A stretch of 63,993 nucleotides of DNA, counting the filler, from Streblomastix strix (Eukaryota), in assembly GCA_008636045.1 (NCBI GenBank). It is 3 parts of 3 records of this genome, joined end to end, with 100 filler letters (N's around TTAATTAATTAA, not from the genome) between each part and the next. Parts side by side here need not be neighbours in the genome. Positions count along the whole stretch, not along the records: positions 43,415 to 63,993 come from SNRW01000427.1; 2 more parts are not named here. One strand, 5' to 3'. Both the position numbers and the translations under genes were made by a program. Numbering within the stretch: position 1 is the stretch's first letter; each line of letters begins with the position of its first letter. Under the pieces are notes generated by a model. The model was given only the letters and a program-made list of their open reading frames with translations, ran no database searches and had not been told where the DNA came from. This document shows positions 49,660-63,525 of the stretch, one piece after another.

Positions 49660-51055
49660 ACGAGGCTGAATATGCGTAGACTACAAGAAATTACTCGTTT
49701 TGAATGCTCATTCGCTGTCCAATGAAGAATTGAGTCCAATGAAACATGTAAATATGAATTTAAACGTAGTATGATCAGATCAAAGGACGTACAACCTGGA
49801 GATGTATTTGAAGTATCAGAAAAACAGACAATTGCATGTGATGAATTGCTACTTTCTGGTAAATGTATTATGGATGAGAGTACGTTAATTGGAGAGAGTG
49901 CTGCTGTTATCCAGACTGGAATCCCTGTGATATAAATACTCAATTAATATACATTGGAGTTAATAGGGAAAGAATATAATAAATAAAAAGCTGAATATGC
50001 ATTAAGTGTTTTATAAGGAACAATTACAGAGACTGAAATACTTGGAATGGATCGAGATAAACAACCTATCATCTTTGGTGGTACTCGAGTAGTAAGAGCT
50101 CGAGATACAACATCTGGATGTGGAATAGATGTTCCATTATATGTTGCTTTGAGAACTGGATTTTCAACAGCAAAAAGATAACTGGTTAGATCGATATTAT
50201 TCCCGAAACCACAAATCAGATTCAAGTTCTATGAAGATTCATTCAAATTCATTTGAATTTTGGCTATAATCGCAGTTGGTGGATTTATGGTGAATCTATA
50301 GATCAGATCATCTTACGAGCTCTAGATCTGATTACGATCGCAGTACTGCCAACACTTCTTGAAATTATAGCAACGGTATATTATATGTTCTTGCTAGATT
50401 GAAATATGAAAAGATCTTCAACGTATCACCAGAAAGAATTAATGTTGCTGGAAAAGTCAAAGTTGTGTGTTTTGATAAGACTGGTACTATAACTGAAGAA
50501 GATTTAGGAGTTCGTGATGTTAAGGGAGTCAGAGATGTGAGAAGACAATTGAACGTATAACAATCTAAAGTTGATTTGAATCCAAAACTGAATCCAAATA
50601 AAAATTAGAATCCAAACAATGATTCAATTCCATAAATCAAATCTATGAGAAGTAAGAATTGGAACTGCATTGAACCTTCTCGATTCACCCAGCTAACATT
50701 CCTGGAAAATGAAAGCAGATATTAAATAAGAAATTGTAACAGTAACTGAATTTGCAGCACTGCAAAGATCATTAGATGAAATGATGTATATATTTGATTT
50801 GGGAGATTCAGAGCATGGAATTTGGATGTCTAGATCTGAATGGATTGGTGAGATTGAATCTGAAAGGAAAATATCTTATGGAGGTGCGTCTTGTGATAAG
50901 AGATCTATTTATACTGTGAATACGACAGATGTATCAAGTTGAAGCGGGAAGGAGAAGATGAGATTATTGATGAGTGGATTAGTAAGTTGTCATTCAATTG
51001 GATATATAAAAATGAAATATGTTGGAGATCCATTAGATATTGCGAAACTTAGAAA
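49660..51055 (+). pseudogene. P5-type (ATP13A-like) P-type ATPase fragment
   Basis: VQPGDV…DESTLIGES, FGGTRVV, RTGFSTAKRQLVRSILFPKP, RALDLITIAV, RINVAGKVKVVCFDKTGT, CHS…VGDPLD; deletions and stops. Confidence 0.9.
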
Positions 51056-53103
51056 ACTACCCATATTAGTTTGTACGTTTTGAGTATTACATATTTAATT
51101 AAATTATTATTTCTTATATATAATTATTAGGAATCTCACTCCCAGTTGTAAAGATATTTACTTCAGATCCTTTATAAAACAATACCATTCAATCTTTTCA
51201 TTTTAAAGCTTTATATTTATATGACAATTATTTAATGGAAATGAAATAAAGAAAAATGAATATTTACAATTAAAATAACTCTTTAATTTATATGAAAATA
51301 TACAAAAAAAACCATAAATAAAATTATTATAAAATAGTATGCTTGAAAATGTTAGAGAATTAATATCTTAATATCTAATTATTATCTATTTTATATGAAT
51401 GAATATGAGACAAACTAAATTTTCAAATTAGATCGAGATTTTGCTATTTTTTTGATTAATTAATTAATGAAAGTTTAATTTGATGTGTATAGAGGGTAGG
51501 CTTTAAAGGTAATTTTAATTTTATTACTATATTCTTTTAATTCTAATAAGTTTTATCTATTTACTTTATTTCATCTTCATCATCAATAATAATAATTTCT
51601 TGTTTAATAATTTTTTGTTACATTTATTTATTTGTTTCAATTCTTTTTTATTTTTCTTCTTCATATGATTAACTTTAAAATTAACTTTATTAACTTTCAT
51701 AATCACTTTCATATTCCAATTCTTCACTAATTTCTTCGCTATACTCTTCACTTTCATTATATATTCTTCTTTTCTTTCTTCCTCTATTCTTTTTCTAAAT
51801 TTTTCCTTTTTTTATTAGTTTTTTCATATTTTTATCTATTGTTTTTATTTCTTTGTTCCTTCTTTTTTAATCTTTTTGATCATCCCTAATAATTTTTTTT
51901 GTTTAATTTATTTTTATTATTCTGTTTTTATTTTTATTTCATTTGGTTTTTATTATTGGATTATGTGATGCTGATCTTTTCTTCTTAATTTTCTATATCA
52001 CTATTTTCATTTCTTTTCCTTTTAACAGCTTTCATATTATTTAAATCTTCAGTTTCTTTTTCAATTTGCATGAATTCTTATTCAAGTTGTTGTTATTATA
52101 ATGAATTTCTTTTATTATATTCAACTTATTTATTGTTTAGTTCATCTTTCTTGAATTGCAAATAAATTAATCTCTCATCTTTCGCTTGTTCACATAATTA
52201 TATTTTTTTTTCTTTATTTTATTCCTTCACTTATTATTTATTTATTTCTTCCTTTAAACTTATATTTTATTGCTATTGCTTTATTTAATCATTCAGAACA
52301 ACATAACAACTCTTATTTTCGTTATCAATTTAATTTATCTTACTATAATCATCATGTTCTTCACTCTCTTCATCTTTATCATCAAAATCATTATTATTCT
52401 TCCCTTATTATTTACAATCTAAATTATAAGCCTTTTATTTTATATCTTCTTTCCATTTGCAAATAAAATCCGGATCTGAAAGTATTTTATTTTAGTAATT
52501 GAACCTCTTAGAAACTTTAATTTGCTTAGGTGGTATTTAACACTCCCCAAGTTTTTCTATTATTGAAAGATTTAATGGATACAAACTCGAAACCTTCCAA
52601 CTCATTCTAACTACATCGACATGCATTGCACCTTAATAAGCTGGCAGTAATGCATTCGCTAATCTTAGTCTTTTCTTGCCAATCTCTGTTTTTGATTAAG
52701 ATATGTTGGGATCTGGAACACAAGAAAGGGAAAAATGATGTGCAAGTGAATCCTAATATTAGAAATACATTGAATTGAACAAACAAATATATATATTATT
52801 ATAAAATTAGTTTAAAAAATTCTTATAACATTAAATAGCTTAAGAATTTTAAAAAAACGAATAAATTTAACGAAAATAAGTAAAAATATTCATTTATATT
52901 TTGTAAATGTTTAAAAACTATACAATAAAAAAAACAAGTATCATTGCAATTCTTCAATTTTAATTAAAAATTTGACAATTACATAAAAATAATCTAAATT
53001 AAGGAATTGTGAATTCTTTAACGAAATTTATTAAAGAAAAATTAAATAAATGAAATATCTATTAAAAAGCAAAAGAAGTAACAAAATTCTGTATAATAAT
53101 AAG

Positions 53104-55515
53104 TAGAGCTGTTACAATTCGTCAATGAATATTGTTTTTACGAGCGAAATCGTCTGTAAATTTAAGAATTTTGACGAAAATAATTTAATCGCTATATTTT
53201 AATGTAAAGGATAAGAATTTGGTATATATTTTTATGAGTATTAATACAAAATTTTAAAATAAAAATAAAACTATAAGAAAAATCAATTGGTATTATATTA
53301 AGAAATGGATAAAATTGAAAAATTAAAATTGAAATATGTATTTGAATTATTAAAAAGATAATACAAAGAATAGTTTGTTGAATTGAAGAAATATTTATTA
53401 TAAAATACTTATTTAAAATATTATTGAGCAAATTATATAAGAAATTTTATTCAAAGTATATATAAAATTGACATTATTAAAAAAAAATAAAAAATTTTTG
53501 TTTGAGAGCAATGCGAATAAAGAATAATTTAATATTTATTAAATTATTTTTATTTTCATATATAACTTAAATAAAAATTATTTTGTAATTACATATATAG
53601 ATATTTTGGTTATAATATGATATTTATTAATAAAATTTAGTTTTAGTAATAATAATGATATCAATTTATTGAAAAGATATCAAATTTTAACATTATCGAG
53701 ACATATAATATTATTATTTATAACTTATACAAATATTGAACAGCTAACCAGATTAAAACCCAATAATAAATTTTTAAAAATTCTTCCAAAGCTACATGTT
53801 CGATTTTATGTTTAATATATATAAATTTTTATGAGTAAGAGTGAATCAGATCAATAAAATTGAATTATTTTTCAATTTATTACTGCTGGAATTCGCATTT
53901 CAAACTTTTCGACATATAAAATCACTGACGAAAAAGTTGCACTCATGAATATCTTTTCTAAATTCATGTTAATTAAATAAAAAATGGGAGAAAATTTTAA
54001 TGCACGTCATATATTCATTTTATTTTATTACATTGACATATATGATGTTAATATCGGGGTGAATATAATATTAATGTTTGATCTTGCATCGTTGAGAAGA
54101 TAGAACAAAAAATTGTTTTCTTGCTTTTAACTTATATAATTTTTGTAAATTTATTAATATTATATTTAAAAATGTATAGATGATAAAAGTAAATATCTTA
54201 AAATATAAAATAATTAATTTATTTATATTTGTGAATAGAAAAATTGAAATTTTTCGAATTTTTAGGTAAAAAATTTATAAGAGTTTTATTCTACAGATTA
54301 TAGTCTCATTTTAGATAAATTATATCTAAATAAAACATTTTTATATATTTAAATCAATATTTAATAATAATATTTTACATATATTAAAATGCATTATAAA
54401 TACTGAGTTTCATTTTACTTAAATTTAAAATTTATTTTATGGAATATATTATAATATATATTTAAAATTATTATTAAATGTATAATTAAATATATGAAAA
54501 TATTTTATTTGGATATAATTCATCTAAAATAAGACTATAATCTATAACATAAAACTATTAAAAAATTTTAACCTAAAAATTCGAAAAATTTCAATTTTTC
54601 TATTCACAAATATAAATAATTTTATAATTTTATATTTTAACATATTTACTTTTATAATCTATACATTTTTAAATATAATATTAATAAATTTACAAAAATT
54701 ATATAGGATTAAAGCAAGAAAACAATTTTTTGCTCCTTCTTCCAAACGATACAAGATCAGACACAATAAATATATTCAACCTGATATTAGCATCATATAT
54801 GTCAATTTTATTAAATAAAAAGGATATGTGACATCTTCAAAAATTTTCTCCCAAATATTCAATAATTCACTCCAAGTCACAACTTTAACATATAATACCT
54901 ATTCAATAGGTTTTGTTTAAATAAAAATTTGATCTTAATAATTTTTTGAAATATTTGTTTTAACTTTGTTGATGAATTAAATTAAATATTATATGTATAG
55001 AAATTTAATAATTTATATCAAAGTATTTAATTTTTAAGGACCAAATAAGAAAAACCTTAAACAGTTCACAAATAAAATATAAAATTGACGAATTAGTCAA
55101 AATTTAATTGGCTGACGAATGGACGGCGCCAAAATTTTTCGTTAAATTCGTCAAATCCTCATAAACAACCTATTTTTCTATCGATTTTAACTATTATTAT
55201 TTTTATTATAATTATTATTCGAATATGATATAAATTAATCAAATTCGAAATTTTATGGCTAAACAAAAAAAATTAATAGATTTTTTGTATATTTTTTTAA
55301 AAAATCAGATCTTTATTTAATATAACACTTCAATTTGATATATACATGCTATGAACATTAATTTTATTAACATTAATATATTATTCAAAATAAAACATCA
55401 AAGTTTAGAATGTTTTAAAATTTTTTTTTTTTTTTATTTTAAAAAACATTTTTAACGAATTTCGTCAAGGAAAATAGCCCATTGAGGACGCATTTGACGA
55501 ATTTTGACAGCTCTA
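53104..55515. mobile_element. Non-autonomous hAT-like element (2412 bp)
   Basis: TIRs TAGAGCTGTTACAATTCGTCAA / TTGACGAATTTTGACAGCTCTA; perfect 8-bp TSD ATAATAAG (53096-53103, 55516-55523); TTCGTCAA/TTGACGAA subterminal repeats. Confidence 0.88.
53984..54853. repeat. Foldback palindrome with ~410-bp arms
   Basis: TGGGAGAAAATTTT…TTTGTGAATAGAAAAATTGAAATTTTTCGAATTTTTAGGT… mirrored by …ACCTAAAAATTCGAAAAATTTCAATTTTTCTATTCACAAA…AAAATTTTCTCCCA. Confidence 0.88.
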
Positions 55516-58500
55516 ATAATAAGTCTAAAAGCAGTAGCTTAATTAAAATTTTAATTTAAAATAAGTTCAAAACATATATTTAAGAATAATAATGAAATTT
55601 TCATTAAAAAAATGAAAAGTTTTAATATCGTAGTTAGATAAAACAGTTTTAGTAAAATTAAATTCAAACCTTAAATTCGGCATTTACCCCTCGATTGCAA
55701 GGCTACAATACTGTGGATGAATGTGCCGGAAAGCACAGCACGTCGATTCTTAAACTCCACGCATAAGACCACAAATCTGGATTTATTCTTGATGGATGGC
55801 CAACGATGTGTAATATCGATCTTTCTTCTCCATCGTCAACGCCACCTAATGAGTCTAAACGTTCCTCAACAATACCTGGAAATACGACAACTCTGCAGAA
55901 CACATCCAGAGTATCCTTCGTTTAATAACCGCTACTGCTCATCTAAATATAAAAAAACTTCTTTATAAGCATTCTGTACTCCAACAGTATCTCTTTGACA
56001 GCCTTTGCAATTACTTAAGCCCTAAGCGATCTTCCAAAAGAATTAATTGTTAATGAAAAAGTAACTGGTTCTAGCCTGTCTTCTTCAAACACATCCGGAG
56101 AAGAATCTTCAACATTTGTAACAATTCCACCTAGAGAAGCTAACAAAATCTGTTAAATTAATAAAAAATTTGATTATTAATTAAAATATTAAACTAATAA
56201 ATATATATTGCAGAGCTAGACTCATCCATGTTCCATTAATTCTGCAGTTTATAATTATTTTATAGATGCAAAATACTTACTTTGATGCAGAATGGTTTTA
56301 GATTCGATGTGGTGCAAGCACGAATCCTTGGTTCATCCACTCTATGACTTTGCACAATCTTGTATTGAGGCCTTCTGTATAGCAAATTGTGGGACCAAGA
56401 ACGATGCAACCTTGGAATTAAGTCAACTCTTTATCTATTTTTCAAAAAAATTTGTCTTGCCTTTTTAAATGTTTAAAAATATGTGAATATTAAAGAATAA
56501 TAAGCAAACTTTTCCTTATACTTCGAATACGTGCGGGTATCTCTTCTCCAAAATTCTAGCATCTAGCCAATCCAGGAGCATTTTTTCTTCGGGTTTGGTT
56601 AATAAACCTGATCATCCCATTTATCCTGGGATTCTGTGAGATGCAACCAATCTTCCTGCTCTTTTGACTTACCATAATTAGCATACATTTACTTGAATAA
56701 TATCGCATGCGTTAAATTCAAAATCAGTCATTAATTGAAATGCAAGTTAAACAATATTCTTTAACGCATTCAATTCTTCACCTTTACATAATTGTTATAT
56801 TTCTCTTTGAGCCTTTTATCTTTAGCAAATTTTCGTCAATTTTATTAAAACGGGGAAATTTTTTTAAAATTTATAAGTTGAATATTACACTTATTAGAAT
56901 TTTTTTGAATTATAAAATTAAATATAAATATAAAACAAATGTTGGAATTTGAATCAATGCGATGATAAAAAATATCCATCGGATTTAAGAAAAAAAATCG
57001 GGTTTTACTTTTGGAATGACCCTAATAATAATTATGAAAATTAAAATTAACATTTATTTTATTTCAAAATATAATTATAATTTTTCTTCAAATCAGTCAG
57101 TCATGATGTGGAATCTTTGTCCGATGAGGTTGATTAACTGAAATTAAATTAAATTTATATATTCAATGTTTATCAAATGATCCAGCAAATGAATAATATA
57201 AAATTCCACTAAAAATCAAGCATCGTGATGGAAAAGAGACATCCAAACGATCAACAGATCCAGTTAATGACTAAAATACATATAAATGAACAATATAGCT
57301 CAAATAAAATTAATTTAATTCACATTTCATTAACAATTTACTCTTTTTATTATCATTTTAGCAATAATTTTTATTCTTATTAAAATTAATTATTATTAAA
57401 TTACAAACACTTATTAGTCATATTTTAATATAATAGATAATATATTTTATTTTAATCCCTATAAATTTAAATCAATTCATAAAACATAATCAGTAGATTA
57501 GAACAAAAATAAATTATTTTAATAAAAATATAAAATTTATACGAAATTAAATTAAATTAAAAAAATTTTAAAAATTATTATATTAAATTTATTATAAATA
57601 TTAATTATTAAAAATAAAATTTTTTTATAAAAAATATTTTAATTATAAAAATTTAAACTAAACTTAATTATAATAAAATTAGAAATAGTCTGAGTTTCGC
57701 AAGAAAGTTTAACTTTATTTTTAAAACTAATATTATTTTAATGTTTATATTTATTGTGTTATTTACAAGAAAAAAATCAAGTGCTGAATTTTTAATTTAA
57801 ATTTGTAAATTATTAACACTTAAAATTTAATAAAATTGTAATTTAAATTTTTTAAATTAATTTATTTGTATTATGTTTCCAGATTGAAACACCGATGTAA
57901 CGAAGTTAAAACCAGAAAATTGAAGCCAAAATGGCCAAATTCAGCAAGCTTGCAACAAACAAGTATGTCATATTAATTTATTTAAGCTTTATATCATTTT
58001 AATTCATTATATATTATCCATTATGTGTTTATAGATTGAAACCGCAACGAATTGAAGCGCAATTTCAAAAATATACGTTTCAAACTGCTTCTTATATAGA
58101 ATCAAAATTATTTCTTTTAAAATTAGAGAAATTATCCAATATTTCAGCTTAGTAATCTTAATATGAAGTATCTAAATATAGTCAGTAGGCTTCAATAATG
58201 AACTTCAAAACTGTAATCTTCAATATTAATCATCATTAATAATTCTAATTTAACAAGAATCGATCTGTTAATATTAGAATCAGAACAAATTAGCATATTA
58301 AATCGATAAGAGTCGGATTTGGAAATCTAAGAAAAAGCAATTCATACGGAATGATGTACATGCACGGTTAAATTCAAAACTTAATTGCTTTGATTCAACA
58401 AAATTCTATGAATAGAATCAATCTCAATAGCTGGATATCATATATATTTCCAAAGTAGAGGACACCAATTACTTATAAAGATAACTCAGATTCTGGAAAT

Positions 58501-59879
58501 TATGAACTAATAAAAAATGTGAAATTCCTATTTGCAGCAAATATAAGAATGCCGTTGTAAACACGAATAGGTGTTGGTGATCTGGATCTGGGAACAATGT
58601 TTAAAATTCTTAGATTACATAAATATTTAAAAAATCGTTGAAGTAAAGTAAAGTATCATTTAATGAGTGAAATCATTCACATAATAAAAAAAAGCAATGG
58701 CATAGGAAACTATTTAACGATAGATGGAAAATGAAAATGAGAACTGGATTGGATGCGCTACCTGGAACTGATAAATATATTGAAAGTTTTTCAAATTGCA
58801 ACTTGAAGAACAGTAGTATAGAGACTAGTGGAAGTAGCAAGATTTAAAATAAATGTTGTGTATTTTTTGATGCATAAGCGAATAGGAAGCTAAGTTTTGG
58901 AATAACTTTTTATGAAACAAAATAGTTTGAATCTAAAATTTTATTTGATTTATTTTAATTTGTACGATACAATTGTTTAGAAAATTTGTTCAGAATTTTT
59001 AAATTTTCTATCAAAATGTTCTTTATCAAATAAAACCTCATGTACTTCAAATTTTGTCATCTAAACGTCTATTTCGAGAGCTTAATCAAGTTATGTAATC
59101 ATTAAATCCATCTGTTTAGTACCACTCATAAAATAGCGATGATTAAATACATGCAATAAGCTGCAATGTATGATGATATTGAAATTATAGAAATTAAAAC
59201 TTAATTAAATGATAAATCTGAAAAAAGTTTTTTAATTTGTAAAACAATAAACGATTAATTCATTTAAACTTAATAATTAGTTTCAAACAATGATTATGAT
59301 TCTATTTCTTCAATTAATTAAACTCCAGCATAAGAAAAAAAATAAATATCTGATGAATTTAATTAAAATTAGATTGAAAAGAAAATAATTAAGGATAATC
59401 GTAAAATTAATGAAAAGAATTTTCTGCAAAAGTCATTAAATTATTAATTTTTTGAAAATTTAAATTATTATTTCAAAACTTTAATGAAATTTAATTATAA
59501 TCATTACTAATTAAAATTTTTTATAATTCAAATTTTAAATTTTTAAAATTAATCAAATTAGTCATTTTACAACAATTTATAAACAAAATTATATATATAT
59601 ATATATAAATATATATATAATAAATAATTATTTGATTTAAAGTGCTATTAACATACAATAAAAATATCAAAATTATTGGCAATGTAGCGGTCATAAACAA
59701 AATATTCGAAAATTTCTAAAATATGATTGAAATAAAAATTAAAATGAAATATGATATATATATATATATATTTTACTAAATAATAAAATTTATTCGCTTT
59801 ATACCATTTATTAATTAAAATCATTAACACAAAATTTGCAAACTAATATATTTTTATTTAATTTAATTTATCGAATGAT

Positions 59880-60400
59880 TAATTTAAATGCATCATGGTG
59901 TGTAACCAGCACTTATTCAAACATAAATTCGAACACTCTAAATAGATAATTAGCATGAAATCAATATATCCAAATTTTATTATATGAGAAGCAGGTTCCC
60001 CATCATCGAAAACAATTCCATTAGTCTTAAGATCACGTACTCTTATTCTATACAATTCATAGATTGAAGAAAATAATTTTCGGTCTCTATAAGTCCGCTA
60101 TTATTTCATTTTTCCAACATATTATTCTAAGCTATCAATTTCAGAGTCAAATCCGGCTTAATATGTCAATATATTCTTAAGAATATATTCACATATATTT
60201 TATTTTCGTACCTTCATATAAAGCATCAGTTAGATCTGGATAAATTTAGTGTAGTTAGAATCGGAGATCAGGTGTACGCAATATTAACCGAAAATAATGG
60301 AACAACAATGACTGTTGACTTACAAAAATCGTCTGTAAACACTCAGGAAGAATAACATTAACATACCTAATTCATTTGGCAAGGTATTATTATAGGTGAT
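59880..60400 (-). CDS. Possible spliced hypothetical host gene
   Basis: Exon-like frames (…LLFHYFRLILRTPDLRFQLHQIYPDLTDALYE; …YRIRVRDLKTNGIVFDDGEPASH…) with GT…AG boundaries; no motif recognised. Confidence 0.3.
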
Positions 60401-60907
60401 AACGATTTGACTTTAACTTAATAAATTATATGATAAATATTAGTTTTTTTCATCTAAATAAAATTAAAATGAATTAATATGACATTTTCTTAGGTCAACT
60501 TTGACATATTAAATTTATTTTTAATTGTAAATCAATTTAATTTAAGAATAAAGTAATTATTCATATTCTAATCATATAATTTTAAATTGTTAATATCTTA
60601 ACAAATATTGATTAAATCTATATATCTTTGTAATTACTTCTGATAATTATAATTTTCGACTCAATTTAATTCACACAGTCTTAACGATTTTAACTTCTGA
60701 CTTTTCCACAAAAAAAAATCGTGAATGGTTCGAAATAAAACAAAAAAGTTATTTTCACTGGTACTAAATAATATGACTGTTTTAAATACTCTACTTTAAC
60801 TAAATTTAAGGATATACTAAGTCACATTAAGATGAAATATAGCCAAAAAAACACCTTTTTAAAATTAAATTATTTTTGCTAAATTTCGCTATGAATATTA
60901 ACTTTAG

Positions 60908-62211
60908 ATGTCATTCCTGAAGTTTTTGCTATTGTTTGGTGGTTCCCTCTACGCAATAAAGTTCGTATCAACATTCATCATCTAGCTCCTGGCGCGGTTC
61001 TTGCCCAAACAGAATCTCAAGAAGAAATACATCACAGACTGGGGTCTTGTCACAGGAGGGTCAAGTGGAATTGGCAGAGCAATGGTAGAGGAGTTGGCCA
61101 GCTAAGGTTTGAATGTCGTTATCGTTGCCTATCCAGAACCAAAATTTGACGAAGCAATAGCTGAATTGCGTGCAAAGTACCCCCAGCGTGAATTTCGCCA
61201 ACTCAATATTGATTTGGCAGGAGATGAGAAGGCCATAGCAAAGGAAATCACTGATGCAGTTGCTGATATTGATATAGGAGTAATGCATCTGAATGCTGGA
61301 ATATGCTTATTAGAAGTGTGTAGATTGTTTAATTTTAATGTTTATTTTATTATCTTTCTTATATAGAGCGCATTTGCACCTACAAAGAGAACATTAGCAG
61401 AGTTTCATATTAACGTTGTTTCCCATATGCACATTTTCTATGCATTGTACCCACGAATTGCAACACGCAAAAGAAATCCTAAAAACTAGAAACGAGGTTA
61501 CTCAATTATATTAATATCATATAATTAATATATTATTACTTATTATTATATATATCTATAGGAGCTGTATTCTTTACTTCGTCTTCAGCTATGTAGATGC
61601 CATTACCTTATTCATGTATGATTCATTTAATTTATTTACATTATTATTATATAATTATATTAATATGGTTATATATTTAGGCATATATGGAGGTACTAAA
61701 GCATATATTGGCCATTTTGCATCATATCTGTCATGCGAAGCACATGGTTTGTGTCTAAATATGAAATTATTTATTTGTTTAATATTATAATATTATTATA
61801 TATTCTAATCTATAGCATCTGGCGTAGATATAGTGTCTGCCATACCAGGATTTGTAAATACTCGTCTGACTGAAAACATTCCTGGACTATCAGAAGTAGA
61901 AGCAATGGGTATTAATATTAATATTTATATATTATTCTATATTATATATTATTCTATATTATATATTATATTCTTATTATATTATAATAGAGAAGATTGG
62001 ACAACCTCCATCAGAGATCGCATCAGCCTTTGTCCGCAATGCAGGTAGAATAACTGAAGTTGACTGTGGAGCCATCGAATATTCAGCTCGTTTCTTGGCA
62101 TCGATTATTGACAGGAACTTCTTCATATACTTCCACTGGAAGACTGCATACAAGCAAGACTAGCTGAAGAAGATGGTACCGTTCCCTGACTTGCCAAACG
62201 AGACTTAGTGA
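60908..62211 (+). CDS. Short-chain dehydrogenase/reductase, 17beta-HSD12/very-long-chain 3-oxoacyl-CoA reductase-like (5 introns)
   Basis: N-terminal hydrophobic anchor, WGLVTGGSSGIG, LNAG, FTSS, YGGTK, PGFVNT; GT-AG introns at about 61317-61366, 61497-61561, 61616-61680, 61747-61815 and 61908-61990. Confidence 0.92.
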
Positions 62212-62486
62212 TTCATGATTCTTATTGCATAGAAAGTAGAGCATTCATTTGTGGTTAGCGTCGATTAATGCGATACAACCACATAATTTTTTTAGTGAAT
62301 TTTTTAGTGGCATTTTTGTTTAATTTTATAACCTCTGCTCGGAGGGATTGTTTTTGACCAGGATTTCGCATTTATACTTTTATTTCTGATTTTACTTTTG
62401 AGTCGCTTTTACAAATTACTTAATCATTTTATTTTTTGAGATAAATTTGAGAGTCTTTACAATAAAGCAGAGGTGAAATGAGTTAT

Positions 62487-62721
62487 TCATTATCGTCTTG
62501 GGTGTTGAACTGATATGCCTGTGTCTGCCCCGGCAAGTCTATCCTCAAATAAATAGCGTTCTGCCCACGCAGGACTAATAGTTAACAAACTAAATATGTG
62601 AAAGATTGAGAAATGCAGAAGCAAATAGAATAAAAATAAAATTATACTAGACTTTGAGAGCATAAAAAATCTTGTCAATGATTCCAAGCTCACGCCATGG
62701 ACTTCTTTCTGAAGATGGCAT
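62487..62721 (-). CDS. Small spliced ORF (53 aa)
   Basis: MPSSERSPWRELGIIDKIFYALKVY/PAWAERYLFEDRLAGADTGISVQHPRRQ*; AT-rich GT-AG intron 62575-62647 between GC-richer exons. Confidence 0.55.
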
Positions 62722-63525
62722 CTGGTATAAACAAGAAAATTTAAATGATTAAAAATTAGTATTTATCTAAAATAGTCATTCTAATATTTTATTGTATTAT
62801 TGATATATAAATATGAGTATAATTTATCAACGTTTCCAATTTACTTCATCTGATAACAGTTTAACTCTATTTGTGGCTAGAAAATATCAATTATTGCATT
62901 AAAATTTTTTTCCTATATAATTACGTAGTTTTGTTATTAAACATAATATGTTACTTAGAAATGCATTATTATAGTATAATATAATAAAATGGGCAAACAA
63001 ATCAAAAAACTTCCTTATCGTTTGGCAGAAAATTGAGTTTTAATTGTATATTATGAATCTCCACGAGCTTATAACTAATCATAAATTTGAGGATAAATTT
63101 CATCATGATTTTAATAGTTAAAGATAAATTACATATAAATATTGGATGTAATAGGTCTTGTGGCAACAGTTATTTCTTTCTCTAGTTTGTTCCATAATCG
63201 GCACAATTTTATTATAAATTTCAAAAATCCTTTTATTCAACTGAAATAATAATCAAATTTATCTTTATTATGCAATCCCTGTTGAGAACAAAATTTTCAT
63301 CTTTACTCTGGTTTCTTGAGCTATCCAGATTATATTATTTAATATAATAATTTTTATTATAATTATATGCATATTTATTGTAATTATATATTTACAAACA
63401 AACAATATATATTTGAACAAGACAGGAAAACAGGCAAAAATATTTTCTCCGCAAAATCGAAGTTTTAGCAGAGTTCTTCTGTTAATATTCATTTTCATAT
63501 TTATTTTTTTGCATACAGACTTGTT

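Larger units (their letters stand above)
51500..56731 (-). pseudogene. Intron-containing pogo/Tc5 (CENP-B HTH + DDE_1) transposase, interrupted by a hAT-like insertion
   Basis: LLTKPEEKMLLDWL, RSWSHNLLYRRP…VDEPRIRA, WNMDES, SSGYQ, ILHIVGHPSR, FPAHSSTVLQPCNRGVNAEFK; 3' exon VRMSWKVSSLYPLN (~52600) plus Q/E/K-rich tail; 3' end approximate. Confidence 0.8.
48910..57022 (-). mobile_element. pogo/Tc5-like (IS630-Tc1-mariner) DNA transposon, 8.1 kb
   Basis: TA|GGGTCGTTCCAAAAGTAAAATCCG … CGGGTTTTACTTTTGGAATGACCC|TA TIRs with flanking TA; internal DDE_1 transposase. Confidence 0.72.

Noticed and set aside
57880..59450. Degraded ORF fragments, possibly transposase-derived
   Set aside because: Multiple frameshifts and no diagnostic motif recognised.
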